Below are positions 8,368 through 17,386 of a stretch of DNA of 64,000 nucleotides, piece after piece. The notes below the pieces were generated by a model. It was not told the DNA's origin. It was given only the letters and a program-made list of their open reading frames with translations, and did no database searches. Position 1 is the first letter of the stretch. Each line of letters begins with the position of its first letter. A program made the position numbers and the translations under genes. This stretch comes from Nanobdellota archaeon (GTDB taxonomy: Archaea; Aenigmatarchaeota; Aenigmatarchaeia; QMZP01), in assembly GCA_043814765.1 (NCBI GenBank), contig JBDRJQ010000028.1, positions 1-64,000 on the forward strand, in the 5' to 3' direction.

Positions 8368-9669
8368 ATGGACATTCTTGTTTATGACGGTTTCTGGGGG
8401 GACTGCGGAAAAGGAAAGATAGTAGACTTTCTAGCAGAAAAGAAAGCTAAAGAAGGAAATCTGGAAGCAGTGGTCCGTTTTGCTGGCGGCGGTAATGCCG
8501 GGCATACCGTAGTCCTGGAAAACAACGATGTTCTCAGATTGAATCTTATCCCTTCCGGCATAGCAATTCCTGATGTGTATAATGCTCTTTTGTCTAAAGT
8601 TTTAGTTAATCCGCTAAAGCTAATGGAAGAGATAAAAAGAATCGAAGAAGATTACGGAATTGAAATAACTCCTGAAAAGTTTGGAGTCAGTGGAAGATGC
8701 AAAGTAACCTTACCGTTTCACATAGATTTAGATGTGCTTAACAGCAAAATTAAGGGCAGAGATGTATCTACTAAAAGAGGAATAGCACCAACGCAGGCAG
8801 ATAACGTTAGTTACAACGGAATGACGATGGCAGAATTTGTTGATGAACTAACCTTTACAGAAGTTTTAGAAGAACAGTTTCATAGAATTGATGAGCTTTA
8901 CAAGCATTTTGATACTTCTGTTGAGCTTGATGTTGAATCATACAAAAATGAACTGGGTCCTGCTATGAATTTTCTAAGAAAATTTATTATCGATGAGGCA
9001 GAACTTGTTGAAAACAAAAAAGGCGATTGGATCTTTGAGGGTGCTCAAGGGACGCTGTTAAGTCCAACATATGGCAATTATCCTGATGTTACAGCAACTG
9101 AACCATATGAACCGCCAAGTTATTTTGAAGGCGAAAAATACATGGTATTAAAATCCTTTGTCTCAAGGGTTGGTGCAGCTCCAAGAGTTGGTGTTGTCCC
9201 AGAACATGTAGATAAAATTATTCGCGGCGAACCAGGATCAATTGGAGAGGAGATAGGCGCAACAACCGGTCGTAAAAGGGATCTAATGTGGTTTGATGCT
9301 ATTGCTGCCAAGCATTCTGCACTGTTAACAAATCCGGATATTTTGATACTAACAAAACTTGATATGTTAAGCGGTGTAAACGAATTGGAAATAACTACAG
9401 GATATGATACCGGTGACGGCATAATCAATCATGTTCCTCAAAACAGAAATGTGTATAAAACATGCGCTGAACATAATCCAGAAACTATGAAGCTTGTTGG
9501 ATGGTCTGAAGACATTGGTGGCATAAAGGAATGGGAATATCTGCCTGAAAACGCAAAGAATTATGTTGCAACAATAGAAAAATTGCTTGATCATAGAGTA
9601 GGATACGTTTCTGTTGGAACAGGAAGGCATGACATAATAGAAGTCCCTGAGTATAGATATGCTGCCTAA
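8368..9669 (+). CDS. purA: Adenylosuccinate synthetase (divergent)
   Basis: WGDCGKGKIVD, GGGNAGHT, LIPSG, FEGAQG, GATTGRKR, LTKLD, YVSVG. Confidence 0.92.
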   Translation: MDILVYDGFWGDCGKGKIVDFLAEKKAKEGNLEAVVRFAGGGNAGHTVVLENNDVLRLNLIPSGIAIPDVYNALLSKVLVNPLKLMEEIKRIEEDYGIEITPEKFGVSGRCKVTLPFHIDLDVLNSKIKGRDVSTKRGIAPTQADNVSYNGMTMAEFVDELTFTEVLEEQFHRIDELYKHFDTSVELDVESYKNELGPAMNFLRKFIIDEAELVENKKGDWIFEGAQGTLLSPTYGNYPDVTATEPYEPPSYFEGEKYMVLKSFVSRVGAAPRVGVVPEHVDKIIRGEPGSIGEEIGATTGRKRDLMWFDAIAAKHSALLTNPDILILTKLDMLSGVNELEITTGYDTGDGIINHVPQNRNVYKTCAEHNPETMKLVGWSEDIGGIKEWEYLPENAKNYVATIEKLLDHRVGYVSVGTGRHDIIEVPEYRYAA

Positions 9670-9760
9670 ACATAACCTTTAATAATCTCTACCTACTATT
9701 TTCTTTATTAAAAAACTCTTTAGAAAAAGGTTTTATCCCAAAACGCTATATAATCAATAT

Positions 9761-9976
9761 GGGCCCGTAGCTCAGCCTGGTTAGAGCACTCGTCACTCCT
9801 TTACCTTTTTAGGAAAGGGATTGGGTGATGCTTTTAATGTCGATACGTTAAAAGCGTGTATAGAACCCTGTGGTTGGATGTTTCCGTGAACGCTTTTATG
9901 GACGCGGTAGCTCCTGTAAAAGGGTTTGATGACAGAAGATACCGAGGTGTCGAGGGTTCGAATCCCTCCGGGCCCA
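9761..9976 (+). tRNA. tRNA-Lys(UUU) with two BHB introns (9793-9829 at 30/31; 9837-9940 at 37/38)
   Basis: Exons GGGCCCGTAGCTCAGCCTGGTTAGAGCACTCG | GCTTTTA | ACCGAGGTGTCGAGGGTTCGAATCCCTCCGGGCCCA. Both junctions form a BHB (central helices CACT/GGTG and CTTT/GAAG). Confidence 0.88.
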
Positions 9977-10711
9977 TTAAAAGGCATGATTATTTGTTTT
10001 AAAATCATAACCTTCCAAGACATCTCTTATTTCATCACTAAGTTTGTCATCAGGCTGCCATTGAACAAAGGAAGTTCTTTCAGAATTAAAATCTCTTTCC
10101 AATGATGTATCATATCGCATTACTGCAATATCAGGATTATCTTCTAAATCAAAATCCTCTGGATTTTGAAACATCTCTTCAATTTCTTGTCCGGATCCTA
10201 CAAGCAATCCTCTGGAACGTAAAATAATATCTATTATACCCCTTTCACCAAGGTTTTTGTAGTACTCATATAACGGATGCTCTGGATCGTTGGCCCTTGA
10301 TATTAATCTTTCTCTATATTCATTTTCGTTTGAACAGAAGCAATTTACAACATACATCCCAGATTCATAGTTTTTTGCAATATCGTATACTGGCTGCCTA
10401 ATATCTTTAAGACGGAATTTTCCATCAAGAATAAAAATAGGAAAAGAATCCATAAACCTTTGTGATAAAGCACTTTCTATTTTTTTATAAATAAGGCTAT
10501 AAGTTAATTCTTCTACTTTTGGCAGGTAAAAGCCCCTTTCATCTAAAAAATCCTCTCTTTTTAAACCTGTTTCTTTTCCCCAAACCTCTTCTTTTACTAT
10601 GTCAGAATCTATTACGCGAACATCTCCAGAAAGACCTCTTGCTAATGCTAACGAAGCATAGCTTTTCCCTGAAGCTTCATATCCGCATAACATTATCACG
10701 TTCTTTGACAT
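9977..10711 (-). CDS. P-loop kinase (AAA_33 / nucleotide-kinase-like)
   Basis: Walker A GYEASGKS, IDSDIVKEE, FILDGKF...R. Confidence 0.75.
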   Translation of the reverse strand: MSKNVIMLCGYEASGKSYASLALARGLSGDVRVIDSDIVKEEVWGKETGLKREDFLDERGFYLPKVEELTYSLIYKKIESALSQRFMDSFPIFILDGKFRLKDIRQPVYDIAKNYESGMYVVNCFCSNENEYRERLISRANDPEHPLYEYYKNLGERGIIDIILRSRGLLVGSGQEIEEMFQNPEDFDLEDNPDIAVMRYDTSLERDFNSERTSFVQWQPDDKLSDEIRDVLEGYDFKTNNHAF

Positions 10712-10823
10712 AATCTTACCTTGATGCCTATTTTTCTCAATTTTGGATTTATATATAAAGCTTTAAAGCAAAACCTTTTATTATAAACTGCAAAAACTGT
10801 AATAAACCGTAATTGGAGAAAAT

Positions 10824-11621
10824 ATGAAGCAGATAGAGAATTTCATAAGAGAACTGGGTTTTAGCGAATATGAGACAAGGACATATCTAACACTGAATAT
10901 CCATGGTGTTTGCACAGCAGAAGAAATATCCAAGCTAGCCAATATACCGCTTCCTAGGGTATATGATACAATTAGCCAGCTTCAGGGAAAGGGATTCGTT
11001 CTGGTTACTAAAACAAGACCACAAAAATGCAAAGCAAACGACATGAATAGTGCAATAAGCAGCTATCTTGAAAGAAAAAGAAAAGACGTCAACAAGGATA
11101 TAGATGAATTTTTAGAAAGATCGCAGAATCTAGATCTTTCTGTTCTTAAGCAAATTTCAAAACCTTCTGTGGAAGAAGACTGGAGAATATGGACTATACG
11201 CGGAAAAAACAACGCAGTTAAAATGAGACACGAGTTTGAGAACAAAGCAAAGAAAGAAATACTGATGTTTTCTGGCGATGCTTCTTTCATAAGAGAAGAT
11301 TATCATGTCTTAGAAAAATTAATAAAAAACGGAGTAAAAATAAAGCATCTTTTGAAGGAACCAAAAAACAAGGAAAGTGAGGAAAATATAAAGAAGCTTA
11401 AGTCCATGGGTGTAGAAGTAAAAACAGGATATAGTGGCTCTCTAAGAGGTCAGATAATAGACGGAAAAAACGTTCTCACAGTTATGAAATATGGAAAGGA
11501 TGAAGAAACAGGAATTCCTGGCAGCGAAAAGCAGTTCAGCTATGAAGTATTGATTTTAAACAATCCAGTATTTGTTAGCGTATTCAAGGAATATTTCGAT
11601 ATGAGCTGGAAAAATATTTAA
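10824..11621 (+). CDS. TrmB-family transcriptional regulator
   Basis: LGFSEYETRTY...ANIPLPRVYDTISQLQGKGFV wHTH, plus a C-terminal PLD-like effector domain. Confidence 0.9.
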   Translation: MKQIENFIRELGFSEYETRTYLTLNIHGVCTAEEISKLANIPLPRVYDTISQLQGKGFVLVTKTRPQKCKANDMNSAISSYLERKRKDVNKDIDEFLERSQNLDLSVLKQISKPSVEEDWRIWTIRGKNNAVKMRHEFENKAKKEILMFSGDASFIREDYHVLEKLIKNGVKIKHLLKEPKNKESEENIKKLKSMGVEVKTGYSGSLRGQIIDGKNVLTVMKYGKDEETGIPGSEKQFSYEVLILNNPVFVSVFKEYFDMSWKNI

Positions 11622-12415
11622 TCTTCTCCAAAAAGAGTCTTTGATCTTAAAACAGAATCAGATCCTCTTGTGGGGTTTATATGACCATTTGCTCTGCTAA
11701 TTTCTTCTGGTATCTCGCTTTTTTCAAACATGTCAGTAAAGCAAGTGTAAAGTTTGTCAGCTAATATGCCGCCAAATGATCTTCCAGTTACGTTGTTTCC
11801 GTTAATAAACAAACTGAAAACAGTACTCCTTTCCCTTCCTCTCAATATTGTTCCTCTAGGCAGACAGCCAGCTAACTCTGCTGGCTCTGGTACGTATTTT
11901 CTTAAATCCACACCAGGATCATTTAAAACAAATTCTGATAATTCCTGAGACATGCTCATATTAGGATCCCCTGTTGCCAAAAGGATTTTAACATATGAAG
12001 TTTCATATTCTCCAGAAGGGTCTATTGTCAGAGACTCTAGATACTTCCAGATTTCCGTATTTTCTCTCCTGTCATCCCTATCTCTATATTTTGTCTTTCC
12101 TGTTTTCCAATTGATTAGTTTTTTAATGTCAACTATCTTTGCTAAATAATTCCTTGGTATTTCTCTTGAGCCTGATAAGAAGTATGGCTCATAATCAAGC
12201 ATTACTATTTCTGGTCCTTCAAACCTGGCAATTGCTTCCTGCTCGCTTGATCTAAAGTCCCACAAGTTTTGAAAAAGTATTCCACCAGGACGTTCATGCA
12301 ATTTTTCTAATGCTGCTAATATGTATCCTTCATTTCCCATATGGTATAAATTTAAATCACTTTGGACCATGCTTGCACTTCCATCAATAATTGACCATAG
12401 TCTATTAATATTCAA
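11618..12415 (-). CDS. Hypothetical protein
   Basis: 265-aa ORF filling an intergenic gap; no motif recognised; start uncertain. Confidence 0.65.
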   Translation of the reverse strand: MNINRLWSIIDGSASMVQSDLNLYHMGNEGYILAALEKLHERPGGILFQNLWDFRSSEQEAIARFEGPEIVMLDYEPYFLSGSREIPRNYLAKIVDIKKLINWKTGKTKYRDRDDRRENTEIWKYLESLTIDPSGEYETSYVKILLATGDPNMSMSQELSEFVLNDPGVDLRKYVPEPAELAGCLPRGTILRGRERSTVFSLFINGNNVTGRSFGGILADKLYTCFTDMFEKSEIPEEISRANGHINPTRGSDSVLRSKTLFGED

Positions 12416-12480
12416 TGGTTTTCAATTTTATTGGATAGAGTATATAAATGCTTTTGGTATAGCTTCAACAGGTAGATAGA

Positions 12481-12954
12481 ATGAAGGTGCATGTTAACGT
12501 TCTTATATTAAAATACGAAGACAGAGAACCATTCATAGACGAGAGTGGACAGTCGTGGCTCTTTGACAATAACGCCAGACAAATATACATGGCAAAGGAC
12601 CGCTATATCTTCTATACATTGGAGTTGGATAAATTAGGAAGAACCCAATCAACTTTTCCAGGACACGTATTTAACATGGACAGTGCAGATTATAGAGAGC
12701 ATATGCCAGAGCTAAGGAAAATGGTTGTAGAGGTTTTTGACAAATATGGAATACATATGGACGAGGATAAAATGAAACCGATTAATGCCAAAACCTTCTG
12801 GAATTCAGAAAAAAACGATCTGGAAGCATACGAATTTTATGAAATTGGTTTTGAGTATGTGGATATGTCTAATCTAATGGGAAAAACCAAAAGATTGAAA
12901 TGGATTCGTGATGATGTTGGAGTGTATGAAAGCATAGCTAATTTTGAGATTTGA
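12481..12954 (+). CDS. Hypothetical protein, possibly a degenerate Nudix fold
   Basis: TFPG...EVFDKYGI...LKWI spacing weakly resembles Nudix. Confidence 0.6.
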   Translation: MKVHVNVLILKYEDREPFIDESGQSWLFDNNARQIYMAKDRYIFYTLELDKLGRTQSTFPGHVFNMDSADYREHMPELRKMVVEVFDKYGIHMDEDKMKPINAKTFWNSEKNDLEAYEFYEIGFEYVDMSNLMGKTKRLKWIRDDVGVYESIANFEI

Positions 12955-13014
12955 GAGAAAACGCTTTTAAAAGGATAACTTTCAATTATTCGACAGGTAT
13001 CAACGCTTATTGGT

Positions 13015-13545
13015 ATGAATCCTTCAAAACATGTCAAAAAAATGAGAATAAGGGCAAATGCGCTCTTAGAAAAGGACAACTTTGTTTTAGTGAATTCTAT
13101 ATTGTCTGAAATAGGAAGATTAGAGTTTCCAAACATCAGGGAGATATACAAATTCAATCCTGATGTAGTGGAAAATTATTCCAGTTTGCTCCTTAATGGG
13201 ATGGATGAAAAAATAAATGAAACAAAAGAACTTAAAAAAAGATTATCAAGACATGTTAATAACATGGGTTTTGGAGACGTTACCCCTGGTAAACTAAATT
13301 ATTATCACCATGGAATTCTATTGCCTGGTGATGAGGGATACTTGAACAAATTCGAAACATTGGATTTGTTTTATTTGCTTCATGATTTTGGAGACATAAA
13401 TGCAAAAAAAACAAAATTAACTCATGGGGAAATGACCCCATGGGGCTATACTTGGATAGAGTTCGATACAGTCAAAGAGTATCTAAAGAATAAGCGCTCT
13501 TGGGTTATTGAAACTATTAACCCGTTAAACCGAGAGAAAACATAG
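13015..13545 (+). CDS. Hypothetical protein
   Basis: 176-aa ORF with an upstream TTTTAAA box. Confidence 0.65.
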   Translation: MNPSKHVKKMRIRANALLEKDNFVLVNSILSEIGRLEFPNIREIYKFNPDVVENYSSLLLNGMDEKINETKELKKRLSRHVNNMGFGDVTPGKLNYYHHGILLPGDEGYLNKFETLDLFYLLHDFGDINAKKTKLTHGEMTPWGYTWIEFDTVKEYLKNKRSWVIETINPLNREKT

Positions 13546-13651
13546 CAAACCTTTATAAATAACTATGTTATATTTTATTCTACGTTGTTACAGATTAGTT
13601 TCAAAAAGTATTTATTAACAGTAATATATATAAATATATAAATTCGGTGAT

Positions 13652-13888
13652 ATGTTGATTAACGTCCTAAATCATGACATGGTTCCAGAGCACACAGTCA
13701 TGTCAAAACAAGAGCAAGAAGAGCTTCTCGAACGCCTTAATGTTACAAGGGAAAAACTACCTAAAATTTTGGATTCTGACACTGCTTTAATAGAGCTGAA
13801 ATTTAAAACAGATGATATCATAAAAATAAAAAGAAAATCAGTTGTTGCAGGTGAATCCATTTATTATAGGGTTGTTGTTAATAGATAG
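13652..13888 (+). CDS. rpoH: RNA polymerase subunit H (Rpo5)
   Basis: HDMVPEH, LPKI, IKIKRKS...YYRVV. Confidence 0.97.
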   Translation: MLINVLNHDMVPEHTVMSKQEQEELLERLNVTREKLPKILDSDTALIELKFKTDDIIKIKRKSVVAGESIYYRVVVNR

Positions 13889-13978
13889 TGGTTATAGTTT
13901 TGTTAACCGTTATCGAGTGGTATGCTCTTTTTTGCTGGCCGTTAATCAAAATGGTTTGAGCAACGATTAGAGGGGCGT

Positions 13979-15439
13979 ATGTCATATTTACCTATAATTA
14001 AGGGCTATGAGAAGCAAGTAGGATGGGCTGATTTTCAGATTAATTCTTTCAATAATTTTGTTAACGGCGGAATGCAGAAGATTATTGATGAAATCGATGT
14101 TGTTAACCTAACACCAGAGCTTGGCGACCTTAAGCTTAAATTCGGTAAAGTTGATGTTGGAAAAACAGTAATAAAGGAAGCTGATGGCTCTACAAGACAA
14201 ATATTCCCAAATGAAGTGAGGATAAGAAATCTGACATATTCTGCACCTATATGGGTGACAATAACCCCTATTATAAACGGCATACAAGAAAAATCAGAAA
14301 AGGTGCATATAGGCGACTTGCCTGTTATGGTAAAATCATGCTTATGCTCTACTTTTGAACAGGACAGAGAAAGGCTGATAGAAATGAATGAGGATCCTGA
14401 CGATCCTGGAGGCTATTTCATTGTTAATGGAACAGAAAGAGTTTTGGTCCTTATAGAAGAGATAGCATCCAACAAGCCAATTTTTGAGAAATCCAAAGAC
14501 GACATATCAGTAAGAATCAATTCTGAAAAATCAGGTTTCAAGCAAAGACATATAATTGAAAGGAAACCTGAAGGTGATGTTGTTATTTCCTTTGCCAATA
14601 TAAGAAAACTTTCTGTATTTGTGTTGCTAAAGGCTCTTGGAATGGAAACAGACAAAGAAATATGTGATAACGTATCAAGTGATCCGAGAATACTAAATGA
14701 AATTTATACCAATCTTTTTGAAACAGAAGCCAACAACAAAGAAGAAGCTATAGAATACATAGGCAAAAAGCTCAGAGTGACAGAAGATTACAGAGAGGAA
14801 AGAGTAAAGCAAATTCTTGACAGGTATCTTCTTCCTCACATAGGACAAGAAACAGAGAGAAGATATGAAAAAGCACAATTCTTAACAAAAATAATAAAGA
14901 AAACTGTTGCACTATCGCTTGGCATGATAACAAGCGATGATATCGATCATTATTCCAACAAAAGGCTATTGATGTCATCAGAATTGCTAGGACAGCTCTT
15001 CAGATCCATTCTTCTTGGAAGATGGGGACTGCTTGCAAAAATGACATACAATTATCAGAAACTGGTTAAGAGAGGCAAACAGCCCTCAATACAGGGAATA
15101 ATTGAGGCAAATGCCGTAACAAAACAAGTTCTTTCATCTGTTGCAACTGGAAACTGGATAGGTGGCAGAACCGGTGTTTCACAGCGATTGGACAGAAGTT
15201 CTTACATAAAAACAGTCTCTCATTTAAGATCAATAATATCCCCGCTCACATCAACACAGGAGCACTTCAATGCAAGGCAGATTCATCCAACAGAATGGGG
15301 GCGTTTGTGCCCTGCAGAAACTCCTGAAGGGTCATCAATAGGTTTGAGAAAACACCTTGCTCTTCTAACGGAAATAACAATAGGAGAGGATGATATTGAA
15401 AACGAAAAAATAGTTAAATTGATATCTTCATTGGAATAG
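13979..15439 (+). CDS. rpoB2: RNA polymerase subunit B'' (Rpo2N)
   Basis: RNLTYSAP, DPGGYFIVNGTERV, GRLCPAETPEG. Confidence 0.97.
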   Translation: MSYLPIIKGYEKQVGWADFQINSFNNFVNGGMQKIIDEIDVVNLTPELGDLKLKFGKVDVGKTVIKEADGSTRQIFPNEVRIRNLTYSAPIWVTITPIINGIQEKSEKVHIGDLPVMVKSCLCSTFEQDRERLIEMNEDPDDPGGYFIVNGTERVLVLIEEIASNKPIFEKSKDDISVRINSEKSGFKQRHIIERKPEGDVVISFANIRKLSVFVLLKALGMETDKEICDNVSSDPRILNEIYTNLFETEANNKEEAIEYIGKKLRVTEDYREERVKQILDRYLLPHIGQETERRYEKAQFLTKIIKKTVALSLGMITSDDIDHYSNKRLLMSSELLGQLFRSILLGRWGLLAKMTYNYQKLVKRGKQPSIQGIIEANAVTKQVLSSVATGNWIGGRTGVSQRLDRSSYIKTVSHLRSIISPLTSTQEHFNARQIHPTEWGRLCPAETPEGSSIGLRKHLALLTEITIGEDDIENEKIVKLISSLE

Positions 15440-15451
15440 GAAAAATAGAAT

Positions 15452-17386
15452 ATGGCTAAGACTAAAAAACCAGTAGTGAAGAAAAATATTAAGCCAAAGG
15501 CTATAAAAAAATCCGTAAAAACCAAAACACATGAGAAACCCAAAACAATAACAAAGTCTACAAAAACGGTTTCTAAGCAAGTTGCTAAAAAACCAGAAAC
15601 AGCAGACATTTATTTCAACGGAAAATACATGACTGTTACCAGCAACCCAGACAAATTTGTTAATGAGCTCAGAAAAAAAAGAAGAATGAATCTTATATCG
15701 CATAAAATGAATGTTGGCTATTACAAACAGTTTGGAGAGATTAGAATATCAACAGAATCTGGAAGAGCCAGACGTCCTCTTATTATAGTTGAAAATGGCA
15801 AGGCAAGACTTACACAGGAGCATGTAAAACAAATTGTTGAAAACAAAATAGAATGGAAAGATCTTGTTAAAAAAGCTATTATAGAGTACCTTGATGCTGA
15901 TGAAGAAGAAAACGCATATGTTGCAATTATACCCGAGGATATTACAGCAGATCATACTCATGTTGAAATTAACCCAATAGTAATGCTTGGCATTTCATCT
16001 ACATTTATTCCATACCCTGAATACAACAGAGGAGACAGAGTCAATTATGGCGTAAAAATGATAGGTCAGGCTATAGGGTTTATGGCCAAGAATTTCCTTG
16101 CCAGAATGGATACAAAGTTCAATGTTCTTTCTTATCCGCAGTCGCCTTTAATGGACACAGAAACAAGCGACGTCTTAAACAATTATCCTGGCGGACAAAA
16201 CATTGTTGTTGCCATAATGTGTCATGATGGTTTCAATCTAAATGATGCTATTGTTTTAAACAGGTCTTCTGTTGAAAGAGGGCTTTTCAGATCATTTTAT
16301 TTCAGAACGTATGAGACAATCAAAAAGAGATATTGGGGCGGACAGGAAGATGAAATAATGATTCCAGATCCTGGAATTAAAGGTCATAGAGGCGAAGAAT
16401 TTTATGCTGATCTTTCAGAAGATGGAATAGTAAATCTGGAAACAAAAGTAGAATCTGATTCTGTGCTGATTGGCAAGGTGTCTCCTTTACGTTTCCTTTC
16501 GGATAAAGGATTCACAGCAGACATAGAAAACAAGAGAGAAACTTCTGTAACAGTTAGATACGGAGAAAGGGGAATAACAGATAATGTTTTGATAACAGAA
16601 ACTCCTGAAGGCAGCAGATTAATAAAAGTAAGAATAAGAGATCAGAGAATACCAGAGCTTGGAGACAAGTTTGCTTCACGCCACGGACAGAAAGGCGTTG
16701 TCGGTCTTTTGGTTCCTCATGAAGACATGCCGTTCACAGAGAACGGTGTAGTTCCTGATATTGTTTTCAATCCTCACGCAATTCCTTCCAGGATGACAAT
16801 AGGACAATTGCTAGAACTCCTTGGAGGAAAGGCTTCATCTTTATCTGGAAAGAAAACTGGAGCAACAGCCTTTAATCATATAAAAGAAGGAGAACTGCGA
16901 AACATGATGAATAAGCTCGGATTCAGAGACGACGGTAAAGAAGTTTTGTACGATGGAAAAACCGGAAAGATGTACAATATTCTCATATTCACTGGCATAT
17001 CATATTACATGAAACTTGACCATATGGTAGCTAACAAAATACACGCAAGATCAAGAGGTCCTGTAACTCTGCTAACAAAACAGCCAACCGAAGGAAGGGC
17101 AAAGAGAGGAGGGCTAAGAGTTGGAGAAATGGAACAGCAATGTTTGCTTGGTCATGGAGCAGCCCTAACCCTAAAGGAAAGATTCGATTCTGATAGCAGT
17201 GCATTCCCAATCTGTAAAAAATGCGGACTGATTGCAACTCATGATGTTTTGAGAGGAAAGGTTTACTGCGCATCATGCAAGGGATCTGAAGTTACTTGGA
17301 TAACCACTTCTTATGCTTTCAAGCTGACTCTTGATGAGTTCAAGGCAATGGGTATATACCCTAAATTAATAGTGAGTGAGGATTAA
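15452..17386 (+). CDS. rpoB1: RNA polymerase subunit B' (Rpo2C) with Lys-rich N-terminal extension
   Basis: GDKFASRHGQKG, PHAIPSRMTIG, QPTEGRAKRGGLRVGEME, C-terminal Zn ribbon. Confidence 0.97.
   Translation: MAKTKKPVVKKNIKPKAIKKSVKTKTHEKPKTITKSTKTVSKQVAKKPETADIYFNGKYMTVTSNPDKFVNELRKKRRMNLISHKMNVGYYKQFGEIRISTESGRARRPLIIVENGKARLTQEHVKQIVENKIEWKDLVKKAIIEYLDADEEENAYVAIIPEDITADHTHVEINPIVMLGISSTFIPYPEYNRGDRVNYGVKMIGQAIGFMAKNFLARMDTKFNVLSYPQSPLMDTETSDVLNNYPGGQNIVVAIMCHDGFNLNDAIVLNRSSVERGLFRSFYFRTYETIKKRYWGGQEDEIMIPDPGIKGHRGEEFYADLSEDGIVNLETKVESDSVLIGKVSPLRFLSDKGFTADIENKRETSVTVRYGERGITDNVLITETPEGSRLIKVRIRDQRIPELGDKFASRHGQKGVVGLLVPHEDMPFTENGVVPDIVFNPHAIPSRMTIGQLLELLGGKASSLSGKKTGATAFNHIKEGELRNMMNKLGFRDDGKEVLYDGKTGKMYNILIFTGISYYMKLDHMVANKIHARSRGPVTLLTKQPTEGRAKRGGLRVGEMEQQCLLGHGAALTLKERFDSDSSAFPICKKCGLIATHDVLRGKVYCASCKGSEVTWITTSYAFKLTLDEFKAMGIYPKLIVSED

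Noticed and set aside
8368..9669. PurZ (2-aminoadenine DNA pathway)
   Set aside because: The catalytic Asp is retained (WGDCGKG rather than GSTGKG), and no dATPase or phage context is visible.
9837..9940. Canonical box C/D guide RNA in the intron
   Set aside because: No CTGA box is placed to satisfy the N+5 rule; kept only as a loose hypothesis.
9761..9976. tRNA-Ile(GAU)/Met with a single intron, or a group I intron
   Set aside because: A single splice gives no 7-nt anticodon loop; two BHB motifs explain the gene as Lys(UUU); no group I core was recognised.
9941..13600. tRNA-integrated provirus or island
   Set aside because: No integrase or duplicated tRNA 3' end was seen.
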